Assembly: GCA_030595905.1 (NCBI GenBank)
Contig: JAUVLE010000001.1
Location: forward strand, 1-58,489
Direction: 5' to 3'
DNA length: 58,489 bases
DNA from: Candidatus Cloacimonadota bacterium
Lineage (GTDB): Bacteria > Cloacimonadota > Cloacimonadia > Cloacimonadales > TCS61
Every line of letters begins with the position of its first letter. Positions within the stretch are counted from its first letter, which is position 1. The notes under the pieces are model-generated. The model was not told the origin of the DNA, made no database searches, and was given only the letters and a program-made list of their open reading frames with translations. This document shows positions 1 to 8,934 of the stretch, piece by piece. Made by a program: the position numbers and the translations under genes.

Positions 1-737
1 GTTTTGATTTTTTGACCTTTGATGTTATAGATTTCTATCTTTGCGTCCTTTGCGTCTTTGCGAGAGATAATAAAAGAAATTGTTGTTGTCGGATTGAATG
101 GATTGGGATAATTTCTGAGAAATTCGATATTCCCAGCAATAACGTCTTCAGCATCTGAACCCGGGAAGGTGATCTCCAGGCTGGGACGATAATCTGTATT
201 GGAATATTCTTTTGAATAGAACTTGCTGAATTTCTGGTTGGAATTCGCCTTTATCACAAATCCGTTATTTTCAAATGAACCTTCCAAAAAAACATTAATT
301 AAATCTGTGATATCGACTTCAAATTGCACGATCGTGTTTCCACCATTACCGGAAAAAACATACGACTTATTTATAGAAGGATCATATTGAATGTGCACTG
401 TGTGATCCCATGTCTCTTCATCCCATTCTTCGCTGATTGCATAAAAGGTCGATGCAGTTGTTCCTCCTGTCGGACAACTGTAAAAGCGAGTTAAATGCAG
501 AATTGCACTGTCTGCTGTTTGACCGATATACGTTGAAAGATCGAAATTGATCATAATTCGCTCAAAATGTCCTGATGGATTATAATCTGCTGTCCAGAGT
601 TCTGTAATAACCGGATTTGTTCCCGGGTGATCGGGATCTGTGTACATATCGTTGCACGGTTCAATTATAACTGTATCTGCAATTATAATCGATGCAGAAA
701 TAACTAAAATCGATAAAATCATTACTAATTTTTTCAT
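1..737 (-). CDS. secreted protein with T9SS C-terminal sorting domain (3' end runs off the window)
   Basis: Absent from the ORF track because there is no stop inside the window. The minus-strand ATG at 735-737 is preceded by AGGAGG. The translation MKKLVMILSILVISASIIIA... (signal peptide) stays open to position 1. It ends ...LRNYPNPFNPTTTISFIISRKDAKDAKIEIYNIKGQKIK, the same CTD as in the 43936, 45440 and 55763 genes. Confidence 0.8.
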   Translation of the reverse strand, partial: MKKLVMILSILVISASIIIADTVIIEPCNDMYTDPDHPGTNPVITELWTADYNPSGHFERIMINFDLSTYIGQTADSAILHLTRFYSCPTGGTTASTFYAISEEWDEETWDHTVHIQYDPSINKSYVFSGNGGNTIVQFEVDITDLINVFLEGSFENNGFVIKANSNQKFSKFYSKEYSNTDYRPSLEITFPGSDAEDVIAGNIEFLRNYPNPFNPTTTISFIISRKDAKDAKIEIYNIKGQKIK

Positions 738-750
738 TGTTCCTCCTATT

Positions 751-1761
751 TTAAAATCCTGTCTGCAGCCTGACAATAAAACTCGATGCTTCTTCAGGAG
801 CACTGTCAGGTTTATCCTGTGGTTTCATATAATTAAATTTGACTTTTGTTGATTCAGTCAGACCAATCGTCAAACCTGCATTGATGTAAGTGTATTCGCT
901 TTCGTCGTCTTCTGCAGAATTTTTATCCCAGAATTCATACACTGCATAAGGTTGAATATAATTCAGGAATTCACATTTCATTGGGAAAGCATATCCTGCC
1001 TGCAAATAATACGCTGTCATTTCCTGGTCATCATAAGTAAATCCTTTTCCCATTAAATATTCTCCGGTTGCCTGGAAATTGTAATTATCATACTTTAACC
1101 CGCAAATGGAACGATAGCCGGTTTCCGAATATAATTGATAGTTTTCGTCATAATAACTTTTTTCGGTGTGATTGTAATCTGAAGAAATTGCCAGTCCGGA
1201 AAGTGGTGTATGAAAGATCAAACCGAGATTGTAATCGTGTTCTCCGTCGAATGTTCCGTTCACGCCGTTCATCAAAGCAAGTTCGGTTTCCAATCCTGCA
1301 GCTTCTCCCAGATCAAAATTTGTGTTTACAACAAATCCGGTGGGATGACAGGTTGCAAAAGTTTTGAAGAACATTGGTTTTTCCAATGTTAAGCGTTCGG
1401 AACATTCAGTTTTTCCAATAAATCCTCGTAAGACGTGACCTTGTAATAATCCCGCTTTGATATTTTCATTAAAATTGTAAAATATGGAAGCATCCATTAA
1501 TTTTAACTGTAAACCACTTCCTGTGCAAGTAGATAATCCAAATTCGAGAGCATAATCGATTTTTTTATCGAGTGTTCCTGTAAATTCCAAAACCGCTTTC
1601 CTGATTTGAATTCTGTTACTTGTGTCATAGTTTCCGGTATTGGAATTTTCTCCGGAATAAAATTTTGCATCCAGCACGATTGATGAGTGGATGTTCGGTA
1701 ATTCTGCAAACAGAGTGGTTTGCAAAATCAGTACTAATGTGATCATTGTTAATAACTTCAT
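751..1761 (-). CDS. outer-membrane beta-barrel porin (phosphate-selective porin O/P-like)
   Basis: 336 aa with a signal peptide (MKLLTMITLVLILQTTLFA). Alternating beta-strand pattern rich in Y, G, N and T, with a C-terminal ...VRLQTGF aromatic terminus typical of OMPs. AAGGAG RBS. Confidence 0.6.
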   Translation of the reverse strand: MKLLTMITLVLILQTTLFAELPNIHSSIVLDAKFYSGENSNTGNYDTSNRIQIRKAVLEFTGTLDKKIDYALEFGLSTCTGSGLQLKLMDASIFYNFNENIKAGLLQGHVLRGFIGKTECSERLTLEKPMFFKTFATCHPTGFVVNTNFDLGEAAGLETELALMNGVNGTFDGEHDYNLGLIFHTPLSGLAISSDYNHTEKSYYDENYQLYSETGYRSICGLKYDNYNFQATGEYLMGKGFTYDDQEMTAYYLQAGYAFPMKCEFLNYIQPYAVYEFWDKNSAEDDESEYTYINAGLTIGLTESTKVKFNYMKPQDKPDSAPEEASSFIVRLQTGF

Positions 1762-1767
1762 AATTTT

Positions 1768-1813
1768 TTCTCCTTTTTTTTCATTTTGTTTTCTCCTTTT
1801 TTTTCATTCTAAA
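1768..1813 (-). repeat. tandem duplication of an RBS-plus-ATG module upstream of the porin gene
   Basis: The 17-mer ttctccttttttttcat occurs at 1768-1784 and again at 1791-1807, a 23-nt period. On the minus strand each copy reads ATGAAAAAAAAGGAGAA, so each is a start codon, an A8 run and a Shine-Dalgarno. Confidence 0.7.
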
Positions 1814-1818
1814 CCCAA

Positions 1819-2163
1819 TTAACTGCATCTTTTTAACAGATCTTCAAGGATAGTATTTACAGAGCAAAAGCAAGACACAGAATTATTTTTTTTTCCGAAA
1901 GCAGCAGCATTTTCCCCTTTTAGATCGAGTCCTTTCATTTCTTCATAGAAATCGATAAAATCATCTCGCAATTCACAATCCGAATAAAAAGACGAAGCAA
2001 GTAAAATCCGGTTATAATCATACAATTCATTAACATCGATCTCGGTTACTTTTTTGATAGTAACATCACAAATACCGGCTTTCCTAAATGCTCTGCACAA
2101 ATATCCAACCAAGTTTTCCGTGTTATGGTTTGTGCTTCCATAAACTATAATTGCTTTTTTCAT
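1819..2163 (-). CDS. flavodoxin-like protein, short and divergent
   Basis: 114 aa. MKKAIIVYGSTNHNTENL... matches the flavodoxin N-terminal strand and phosphate-binding loop, and ILLASSFYSDCELRDDFIDFYEEM...AAAFG matches the FMN-ring loop region. The canonical T/S-x-G-N-T-E loop is changed and the C-terminus is short. Confidence 0.6.
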   Translation of the reverse strand: MKKAIIVYGSTNHNTENLVGYLCRAFRKAGICDVTIKKVTEIDVNELYDYNRILLASSFYSDCELRDDFIDFYEEMKGLDLKGENAAAFGKKNNSVSCFCSVNTILEDLLKRCS

Positions 2164-2284
2164 TTTTCTCCTTTTTTTTGCTCACGGATTTCCACGGATA
2201 TAACGGATTTTCTCTTGTTCCAATGCTCCTGCGTGGGAATAAGAATTTTGATTTTTTATCCGCATCATCTGTGTAATCTATGAG

Positions 2285-2686
2285 CTATTTCTTTTTTAGC
2301 CACCCGAAAGAAACAATGTTCAGCATTACACCGGATAATAAAATAAATGTCAGCAGGACTATCTGGCGAGTATCAGCCGGGCTTTCTCCAAGGTGTCCAA
2401 ATAAATGCCAGATGTTCATAAGTGTAAACAGTAGAGTGAACACGAAATTGGTGATCCTATACCATTTTGTTTCAATGAATGAAGTAAACACTATAATGAT
2501 CAGCGGGATTAGAAAAAAGAAGATCATCATCCACATACTCGATTCCATCGGGTTTTTCGCAATTTGCTCTTGAGACATAGAAATACTCTCTCCCCAAAAG
2601 AGCGGAAATATTCCTAAAAGCGAATGCAATATCATTCCAAAAAGGAATATTATCCACAAAGTTATTACTTGCGTTCTGTTAATCAT
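2285..2686 (-). CDS. small polytopic membrane protein, function unknown
   Basis: 133 aa with about four hydrophobic helices (VITLWIIFLFGMILHSLLGIF, MWMMIFFFLIPLIIIVFTSF, ...). No recognisable motif. Confidence 0.5.
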   Translation of the reverse strand: MINRTQVITLWIIFLFGMILHSLLGIFPLFWGESISMSQEQIAKNPMESSMWMMIFFFLIPLIIIVFTSFIETKWYRITNFVFTLLFTLMNIWHLFGHLGESPADTRQIVLLTFILLSGVMLNIVSFGWLKKK

Positions 2687-2717
2687 AATTAACCTCCTGT
2701 TTTTTTATTTATTTTTA

Positions 2718-5216
2718 TTATTTATCCGTGTAATCCGTAAGCAATTCTTCTTCCCCAAATACTTTTGCCTTTTTAAGCAATATCGGAGTTACAAAGAAAT
2801 CTGCCAACAAAGCTGCTGCGATACCGGAACACGCCAATAATCCCATATGAGATAATACTTTCGCATCAGAAGTAATGTAAGCGGAAAAATTCAGAACCAG
2901 AACAACCGAAGTAGCAAACAAAGCCGAACCGATCACAATAAATGTTCTTCGGATAGCGGAATGATAACTACCTGTTCGGTTGAATTCCAGATGACTATGA
3001 TTTATAAAGTGAATCGTGTCATCTACTGCAAGTCCAAGCAGCATCGGCATAATTGTCACCGTCATCATATCCAACGGAATTTTGGCAAAGCCCATAATCC
3101 CGCCAACCACAAGAGCAGGTGCAATATTCGGGATTATTCCGATAAGTCCGGTTTTGATACTTCCAAAAACCAATATCAATAAAATAGCGATTAAACCCAG
3201 AGCTATCAAAAACGATTTGATCTGTCCGAAGGCAACGATATTCTGCATCGCAGTATATTTTGCTAATGTCCCGGCTTTTATCAGAAGCGCTTCAGGAAAC
3301 AATTCATTCGTTCTTTTGGATATGTAATCAAATTCTCGCTTTACCTCGTTTGAATTATAATTTTTCAATTCCACCATTATATGCAATCGCTTCTCATCAT
3401 AATCCATCCATCTTTCCGCTTCCGAACCTCCTGCATTTTCATAGAGTAACATAATTTGAGCAATGATCTGTTTTTCAATCTCGTTCTTTTCGTCTTGAGA
3501 AAGATCCATTTCCCGATATTCCGCAATATCATCGATAGATGGGATTTTATAAAACTCCTCTTTTCCTTCATTCAAAACCTGATTAATATCTTTAATTATA
3601 TCGAGTAATGAACTTGTTTTCTTGGTCAATTTCAGAGCTTTTACTTCGTTCTCAAGTATTTCGAATTTTCGCAGGTTTTCAGGGATTTTCGCATCTCCCG
3701 GATTTGGAAACTCAATACCGAGATCATAGGAATAGAGCGACCCGATTTTGGAATCTCCGATATATAACAACCTCTTTGTATAAGGAATTTTATCTCCCAT
3801 CGAGCGTTTAATATCAAAAGAAACTTCAACCTTCGTTAAGCCCCAAATACAAACGATAATGATGAGACTAAAAATTATCAAAATTGGAAGAGGACGCTCC
3901 ACGATCCAATCATTCAATTTTCCCATCGATCTTTCTAACATCGGCGATTTTTTCTTTTCAGTTAATTTGGATGCTTTCTTTTTTTTGCCGAAACTAAGAA
4001 GAGACGGTAGCAATATCAACGTTAATAAATATGTTATAAGAACTAATGAAGCAGAAGTCAGCCCGATCCAGCGGAGACATTTCACTTCTACAAAAAGAAA
4101 CGACATCAAAGCGACAATAGTTGTGAGAGCTGTAAATAGAAGTGGCCAACCGGTTTCTTCTATGGAAAAAACTGCTGCCTGCCTTGGATTTTTACCTTCC
4201 CGAACAGCCCGTTTATAAAAAGTAAACACGTGAATCGCATAGCCGACAGAAACAGCAAAGCCCAGAAACATCGGCAGAGATATCATACTTGGATCTATTT
4301 TTATTCCCATATATCCTTGAATTCCAAAAATGATGATCATAGAACTGACTGCACTGATGATCGGGAAAACAACACCTCTTAATGATCTTAAAAATATAGT
4401 GAGAATTACTATTGCGAGCAAAAGAGCCAAACCCATCAGTCGAGGCGTTTCCTTTCCAAACCATATTCGTTTTTCATAATTGACCATCGGCATTCCGGCT
4501 GTTTTCGGGGTCAGAATCTGATATTTTTCCTGATCTGCAATTTGTTTGAAAACATGACCGATAATGATTTCTGGTGATTGTGCTTTAGAAGTATCAAATT
4601 CCTCGAAAAATTGAGGAAATTCTTCTGCTGTTCTTTGAATAAATTGCAAATATTCTTCATCTGTTTCCCAATTTTCGGGGAATGGTTTCAGGCGAAGCAT
4701 AATCCATGTTTGATCGCATTCTTTGGAGAGAAGCTTTCCCACCAGATTTCGTTTGGAAAGAGCAAGTTGACGCAGCTTTTCCAATTCTGTTTTATCGGCG
4801 GGAATTTCAGCGGGAATCAGATCTATAATTTCCATTCCGTATTCTGTTCCCAAACTGAATTCAAAATGTGTTAGCGAGAGAACTTCGTCTGCGAGAGGAA
4901 TATAATGTTCCATCTCATTACTCAATTCACGGATTTTGCTCAAAATTTCCGTTTGGAAAATATCGTCGGTTTCCACCAGAACGGCGGCATAATCGGTATT
5001 TCCGAAAATATCTTCAAACTCTTCTTGAGCTATCTGTGCAGGATCATTTTCCAAAAACCAGCTATCATTTGAAGTGTCGGTTTTAATCTTCTTTAATCCT
5101 GCAAATGAAACTACCATAACCAACAGGAAAAGGACAATATTCAGCCAACGCAACTTAACTATTCTTCCGCCTATTTTGGCGAATCTTTGATTTATTTTAT
5201 GTAGATTTAAACCCAT
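2718..5216 (-). CDS. MMPL/RND-superfamily membrane transporter
   Basis: 832 aa with the duplicated architecture of one TM, a large loop and a five-TM bundle, occurring twice. The second bundle has GLAVDDTIHF, the RND/MMPL proton-relay-type motif. It is last in a three-gene minus-strand unit with the LolA-like and DUF1302-like genes. Confidence 0.8.
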   Translation of the reverse strand: MGLNLHKINQRFAKIGGRIVKLRWLNIVLFLLVMVVSFAGLKKIKTDTSNDSWFLENDPAQIAQEEFEDIFGNTDYAAVLVETDDIFQTEILSKIRELSNEMEHYIPLADEVLSLTHFEFSLGTEYGMEIIDLIPAEIPADKTELEKLRQLALSKRNLVGKLLSKECDQTWIMLRLKPFPENWETDEEYLQFIQRTAEEFPQFFEEFDTSKAQSPEIIIGHVFKQIADQEKYQILTPKTAGMPMVNYEKRIWFGKETPRLMGLALLLAIVILTIFLRSLRGVVFPIISAVSSMIIIFGIQGYMGIKIDPSMISLPMFLGFAVSVGYAIHVFTFYKRAVREGKNPRQAAVFSIEETGWPLLFTALTTIVALMSFLFVEVKCLRWIGLTSASLVLITYLLTLILLPSLLSFGKKKKASKLTEKKKSPMLERSMGKLNDWIVERPLPILIIFSLIIIVCIWGLTKVEVSFDIKRSMGDKIPYTKRLLYIGDSKIGSLYSYDLGIEFPNPGDAKIPENLRKFEILENEVKALKLTKKTSSLLDIIKDINQVLNEGKEEFYKIPSIDDIAEYREMDLSQDEKNEIEKQIIAQIMLLYENAGGSEAERWMDYDEKRLHIMVELKNYNSNEVKREFDYISKRTNELFPEALLIKAGTLAKYTAMQNIVAFGQIKSFLIALGLIAILLILVFGSIKTGLIGIIPNIAPALVVGGIMGFAKIPLDMMTVTIMPMLLGLAVDDTIHFINHSHLEFNRTGSYHSAIRRTFIVIGSALFATSVVLVLNFSAYITSDAKVLSHMGLLACSGIAAALLADFFVTPILLKKAKVFGEEELLTDYTDK

Positions 5217-5242
5217 TTTTATCTCCTTTTTTTATTTGGAGT

Positions 5243-5319
5243 GCATCAACCGTGTTGATGCAAAGCGGTTCCGATTTTTTAACGGAACTTCCTGAAAGAT
5301 GATGAATCGCAAACGATTC
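5243..5319 (-). other. three consecutive small hairpins in the OMP-MMPL intercistronic spacer
   Basis: gcatcaac-cgt-gttgatgc (5243-5261), gttccg-N9-cggaac (5268-5288) and gaatcg-caaa-cgattc (5304-5319). Confidence 0.6.
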
Positions 5320-5349
5320 AAAAAATAACACGGTTATTTTACTCCATAT

Positions 5350-6564
5350 CTAAAAACCATATTTCACCTTAAACCATATTTGAGAATTATTCTTAAATTT
5401 CCCAAAATAACCGTCATTTCCGGCAAAAATATCCATTCCGCAAAAAAGATGTAATTCATCGGTTAATGCATAATCCATCGCAATTTGATCATAAATATCT
5501 TTCTCATTGAAACCGTAATAAAGCATATTGGAAAAACCCAATGTTTGACGCAGGATTTTTTTGGAAATATTCAATGTTGCCACTGAATTATTTTCATCAG
5601 ATTCTAAATCTTCATCATATTTCAGGATCAGATCATCGGCAAATTGGAAACTGAAATCCCAGTCATCACCCGGATACCAATCTAAACCCAGCATTGCTTT
5701 CAGTAGATTTTTTTTATCTGTTTTATCTTCGGTAGAAAGATTTCGGAAGAATTTATTCTGATAAAAAGCAATTTCGGAACGGAATACAAAATTACCGATG
5801 GGTTTATTCATTTCCATTCCGAGATATTTCAGCCGATGATGTTCCGGCTGCAGATAGGTTGTATCATTGACGGTTTGCTCGTGAATAATGGGCAGATCAT
5901 CCCAAGTATAAAAACCGGAAAAAGCAAAATCGATTCCCGAAAGATAGAAAGAAATTTTTCCTGCAATTTCGCTGTTTTCTAATTTATTTTCCGGTTCAAT
6001 TGTCTGCTTAAATACTATCTCATTGTCAGTATTATATTCTTGCGATATTTTCCACGGATTATTGCCGGAAGGCAGAACAGACGCTTTGAAGAAAGGCAGC
6101 CAGATTATTTCGAAATCTGCGAAACCAGGTAACCAGCGAAATTTTACAGATTCTACCGGAATTCGGATATCATCAAAATCACGAGTAATAAATTCGGTGT
6201 AATCTCCCGGGCAAATAATATCCGTGATCTGCATTCCGTCTGCCTTTCCCCAGGTTATTATTTGCCGTCCCACCCGAACATCCCATTTGGAAGCGACATA
6301 TTCCATAAATGCTTCACGCAATTCTATTCCGGTTTCATCTTCCAAAATATTGTTGTTTATTGCGTTGAAGGAAGTAAAAAGGGAAGCATCTTCGATCTGA
6401 TAAAATATCTCTCCTCGAAAACGAGTGCGGGATGCGTTAAACTCGTGCTGTCCTTTCAAACGAACAGCGTGATAAGTGTCGGTAAATCCGGTAAATTCCA
6501 AATCGGAAGCGGACAAATATAAAAATGTTCCGAACAAACCGATCATCAGGAATAATTGCTTCAT
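5350..6564 (-). CDS. outer-membrane protein, DUF1302-like
   Basis: 404 aa with a signal peptide. The motif VGRQIITWGKADGMQITDII matches the conserved GRQ..WG..D core I associate with DUF1302. The C-terminus is ...WFKVKYGF. The stop overlaps the start of the upstream LolA-like gene by 4 nt. Confidence 0.6.
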   Translation of the reverse strand: MKQLFLMIGLFGTFLYLSASDLEFTGFTDTYHAVRLKGQHEFNASRTRFRGEIFYQIEDASLFTSFNAINNNILEDETGIELREAFMEYVASKWDVRVGRQIITWGKADGMQITDIICPGDYTEFITRDFDDIRIPVESVKFRWLPGFADFEIIWLPFFKASVLPSGNNPWKISQEYNTDNEIVFKQTIEPENKLENSEIAGKISFYLSGIDFAFSGFYTWDDLPIIHEQTVNDTTYLQPEHHRLKYLGMEMNKPIGNFVFRSEIAFYQNKFFRNLSTEDKTDKKNLLKAMLGLDWYPGDDWDFSFQFADDLILKYDEDLESDENNSVATLNISKKILRQTLGFSNMLYYGFNEKDIYDQIAMDYALTDELHLFCGMDIFAGNDGYFGKFKNNSQIWFKVKYGF

Positions 6565-7343
6565 TTCAATCTGCCTCGTTCGATAGCGGAAACGGTGAAC
6601 ATATTATCTTTCAAATCCTGATTGTAGTTTACTTGATTAAAATTAAGCACGGTTTGATGTTTTTCCGCTTTATTATCCATCAACATTTCGTGAGCAGTCC
6701 AGATGCCGTCAACCTGTTTGATATCACTGATTGTGAGCGTTTTCATCAAACCGAGTTTATCGTAATATTCTACTTTTACAGCCATTTTTACATCCTGCCG
6801 AATCCAAACGATTTTCTTCGAATACATATTGTCTTTTTCTTTCGGAATCGATTCGATCACCCAGCAAGGTTGTTCATTCAGATTTTCTTCCCGTAACAAA
6901 GTATGAGTATCTTCATCAGGATTTCTACCGCCCATATCATCGTAAGTAAAATCGGAACCCATAAAATAATCATTTTCGGAAGAACCGCTGATTCTGCGAA
7001 CTTTTTTGAGAGCCGGCATATAAAGCCAGCGATCATCATTTTTGCTGTCATCATCATATTCCCACGAAAGAAATCCGGTTCCCTTTACATCAACAGGTTT
7101 TTGAAAGATCATCACGCTTTTGGAATCTTTGCCGTAATCCTTGGAATAACTGATGATCTGCCGAATTCGTTTTCTGCCGCGTTTATTGATCAGGATCATT
7201 TCCATTTCAACTCTGCTGTCATTTCCGTCATCACGTTCATCTACCAGCACCATAATATCACGACCGGAAAGTTCTTTCGCCTGCAATTTCACGATCTGAA
7301 ATATGGTTGCGATCATCACGAATAGTATAATTACTTTTCTCAT
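6561..7343 (-). CDS. outer-membrane lipoprotein-sorting (LolA-like) protein
   Basis: The track ORF runs to 7385, but AAGGAG precedes the ATG at 7343 (MRKVIILFVMIATIFQ..., a signal peptide). The segment ...DDRWLYMPALKKVRRISGSSENDYFMGSDFTYDDM is typical of the LolA-like family that pairs with MMPL/RND and DUF1302 genes. Confidence 0.65.
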   Translation of the reverse strand: MRKVIILFVMIATIFQIVKLQAKELSGRDIMVLVDERDDGNDSRVEMEMILINKRGRKRIRQIISYSKDYGKDSKSVMIFQKPVDVKGTGFLSWEYDDDSKNDDRWLYMPALKKVRRISGSSENDYFMGSDFTYDDMGGRNPDEDTHTLLREENLNEQPCWVIESIPKEKDNMYSKKIVWIRQDVKMAVKVEYYDKLGLMKTLTISDIKQVDGIWTAHEMLMDNKAEKHQTVLNFNQVNYNQDLKDNMFTVSAIERGRLK

Positions 7344-7437
7344 TTTTGACTCCTTTGCTATTTTGATATTGAGACGCATTCTCAAACGAAGAATAAAAAA
7401 ATAATCTAAAAATCAATATTCATCGCAATTCCTTATT

Positions 7438-7995
7438 TTATTTTTTTAATAGAACAACAGTTCTGCTACTAATTATCCGGGGTTTACTGATTATTTGAAA
7501 TCCGATGTTTTGAGCGTCTGCAATGGTTTTATCGAAACATTCTTTAGAAACATGCATTTTAGGATCGGAAAGGAATAATATTCCGGCAGGTTTCAAAATG
7601 CTGTGTATCTGTTTTAAAAAGTCAAGAGCATCGGGTGTTTCGTGTATCATCCAGAAAGCAAGAGCGAAATCGAGTTTCTCATTGATGCCGATTGTATCAG
7701 CAGAACATTGATGTGTTTGAATAATATCAGCAATATTTGCTTTCCCGGCTCGTTTCATCAATCTGTCCAGCATTCCTTTTTGCAGATCGACAGAATAGAC
7801 TTTCCCTTTCTTTCCTACCATCTTCGCCATACCAATTGAGAAGCAACCGAGTCCGCAACCGATATCCATCACGGTCATTCCTTCTCTTACATATTTCTTG
7901 AACATTTTCTTTGGATTATGAATAAGCTTTCTCAACGGGTTATCGAAAGTATAAGCCATCCAAACCGGGCAGACACGATCTTTATTTTTTTTCAT
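7438..7995 (-). CDS. class I SAM-dependent methyltransferase
   Basis: Motif I VMDIGCGLGCFS with a downstream acidic residue (VYSVDLQ). I chose the start at 7995 (MKKNKDRV...) because the 13 extra codons in the track ORF lie in the TTAGCAACGAAC intergenic repeat. Confidence 0.75.
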   Translation of the reverse strand: MKKNKDRVCPVWMAYTFDNPLRKLIHNPKKMFKKYVREGMTVMDIGCGLGCFSIGMAKMVGKKGKVYSVDLQKGMLDRLMKRAGKANIADIIQTHQCSADTIGINEKLDFALAFWMIHETPDALDFLKQIHSILKPAGILFLSDPKMHVSKECFDKTIADAQNIGFQIISKPRIISSRTVVLLKK

Positions 7996-8006
7996 TTTTT
8001 TCCTAT

Positions 8007-8030
8007 TTAGCAACGAACAAATGACTAACC
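8007..8030. repeat. dispersed intergenic repeat, TTAGCAACGAAC...ACTAAC family (copy 1)
   Basis: ttagcaacgaacaaatgactaacc. Related copies lie at 24099-24134, 24144-24179, 24613-24638 (inverted) and 34656-34678 (inverted). Confidence 0.7.
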
Positions 8031-8227
8031 GCAAAGGCGCAAAGTACGCGAAGAAAAAGTACTACATTCTCCTTTCGATGTGTTCAGTGTTCTTCGGTGT
8101 TTCATTTCTTTATTGCATCTAACAATACGAACAAAAAAAATAACCACTAAGAACACAAAGCAACGCTAAAAATTTTGTCCTTTATCTTAGTGCTTCTTAG
8201 CGAACTTCGCGGCTAATTTCTTCAATT

Positions 8228-8926
8228 TTAAATCGCATACGGTCCCGGAATCAATCTCCAGCCCCAGATATATTCCAGAACGCTCCAGGCTGTTAGAAGC
8301 CCAAAATACGACCAGAATACGATATTGTTAATTTTTTTACTTTTCCTTGCTTTATAAATTGAAAGTCCTGTTAAAATTACGAAAATCCCGCACATTATAT
8401 AGGTTGTGAAATGTGTTCGTGAAAGCACTTCATATTGAAAGATCATTATGTAGTGCATCGACCAGACGAGCAGGAAACTTGAGAGCGAGAATTGAATAGA
8501 AACCGGTAAATACTTTCTTAAGTTCAGGAATAGAAAGATCGTTAAAACCAGAACCGGCAGAAAATTCCAATGGGCAATTTCCACAGTTGCATCTTTGATA
8601 TACAGATCAGCATTTTCCAAAAATTCACCAAAAAATCCCCAGAAAGATATTCCGCTGATGATTGCCAGGAGATTGGAGCAAAAAACTTTTTTTTCATCCA
8701 ACACCGGGACGGTGTTACCGAAATCAGAATGGTTCAATCGAGACGATTGAACCAACTGAATATTCTTTTGTGATTGAAGAAATAGAATTATTCCAACAAA
8801 AAGCAGAATGAAGCCTGCAAAGAGATAAGGAATATTTCCGGCTCGATTCGTGAAAACAAGAAGCATATAAGTAAAGCCAAAGAATAATAAAGTATAAATA
8901 ACTGTTTTCAATCCGATGTTTTTCAT
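8228..8926 (-). CDS. polytopic membrane protein of unknown function, trailing feoB
   Basis: 232 aa with about six or seven hydrophobic helices. It starts 8 nt after the feoB stop on the same strand. Confidence 0.55.
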   Translation of the reverse strand: MKNIGLKTVIYTLLFFGFTYMLLVFTNRAGNIPYLFAGFILLFVGIILFLQSQKNIQLVQSSRLNHSDFGNTVPVLDEKKVFCSNLLAIISGISFWGFFGEFLENADLYIKDATVEIAHWNFLPVLVLTIFLFLNLRKYLPVSIQFSLSSFLLVWSMHYIMIFQYEVLSRTHFTTYIMCGIFVILTGLSIYKARKSKKINNIVFWSYFGLLTAWSVLEYIWGWRLIPGPYAI

Positions 8927-8934
8927 TTTTTTCC

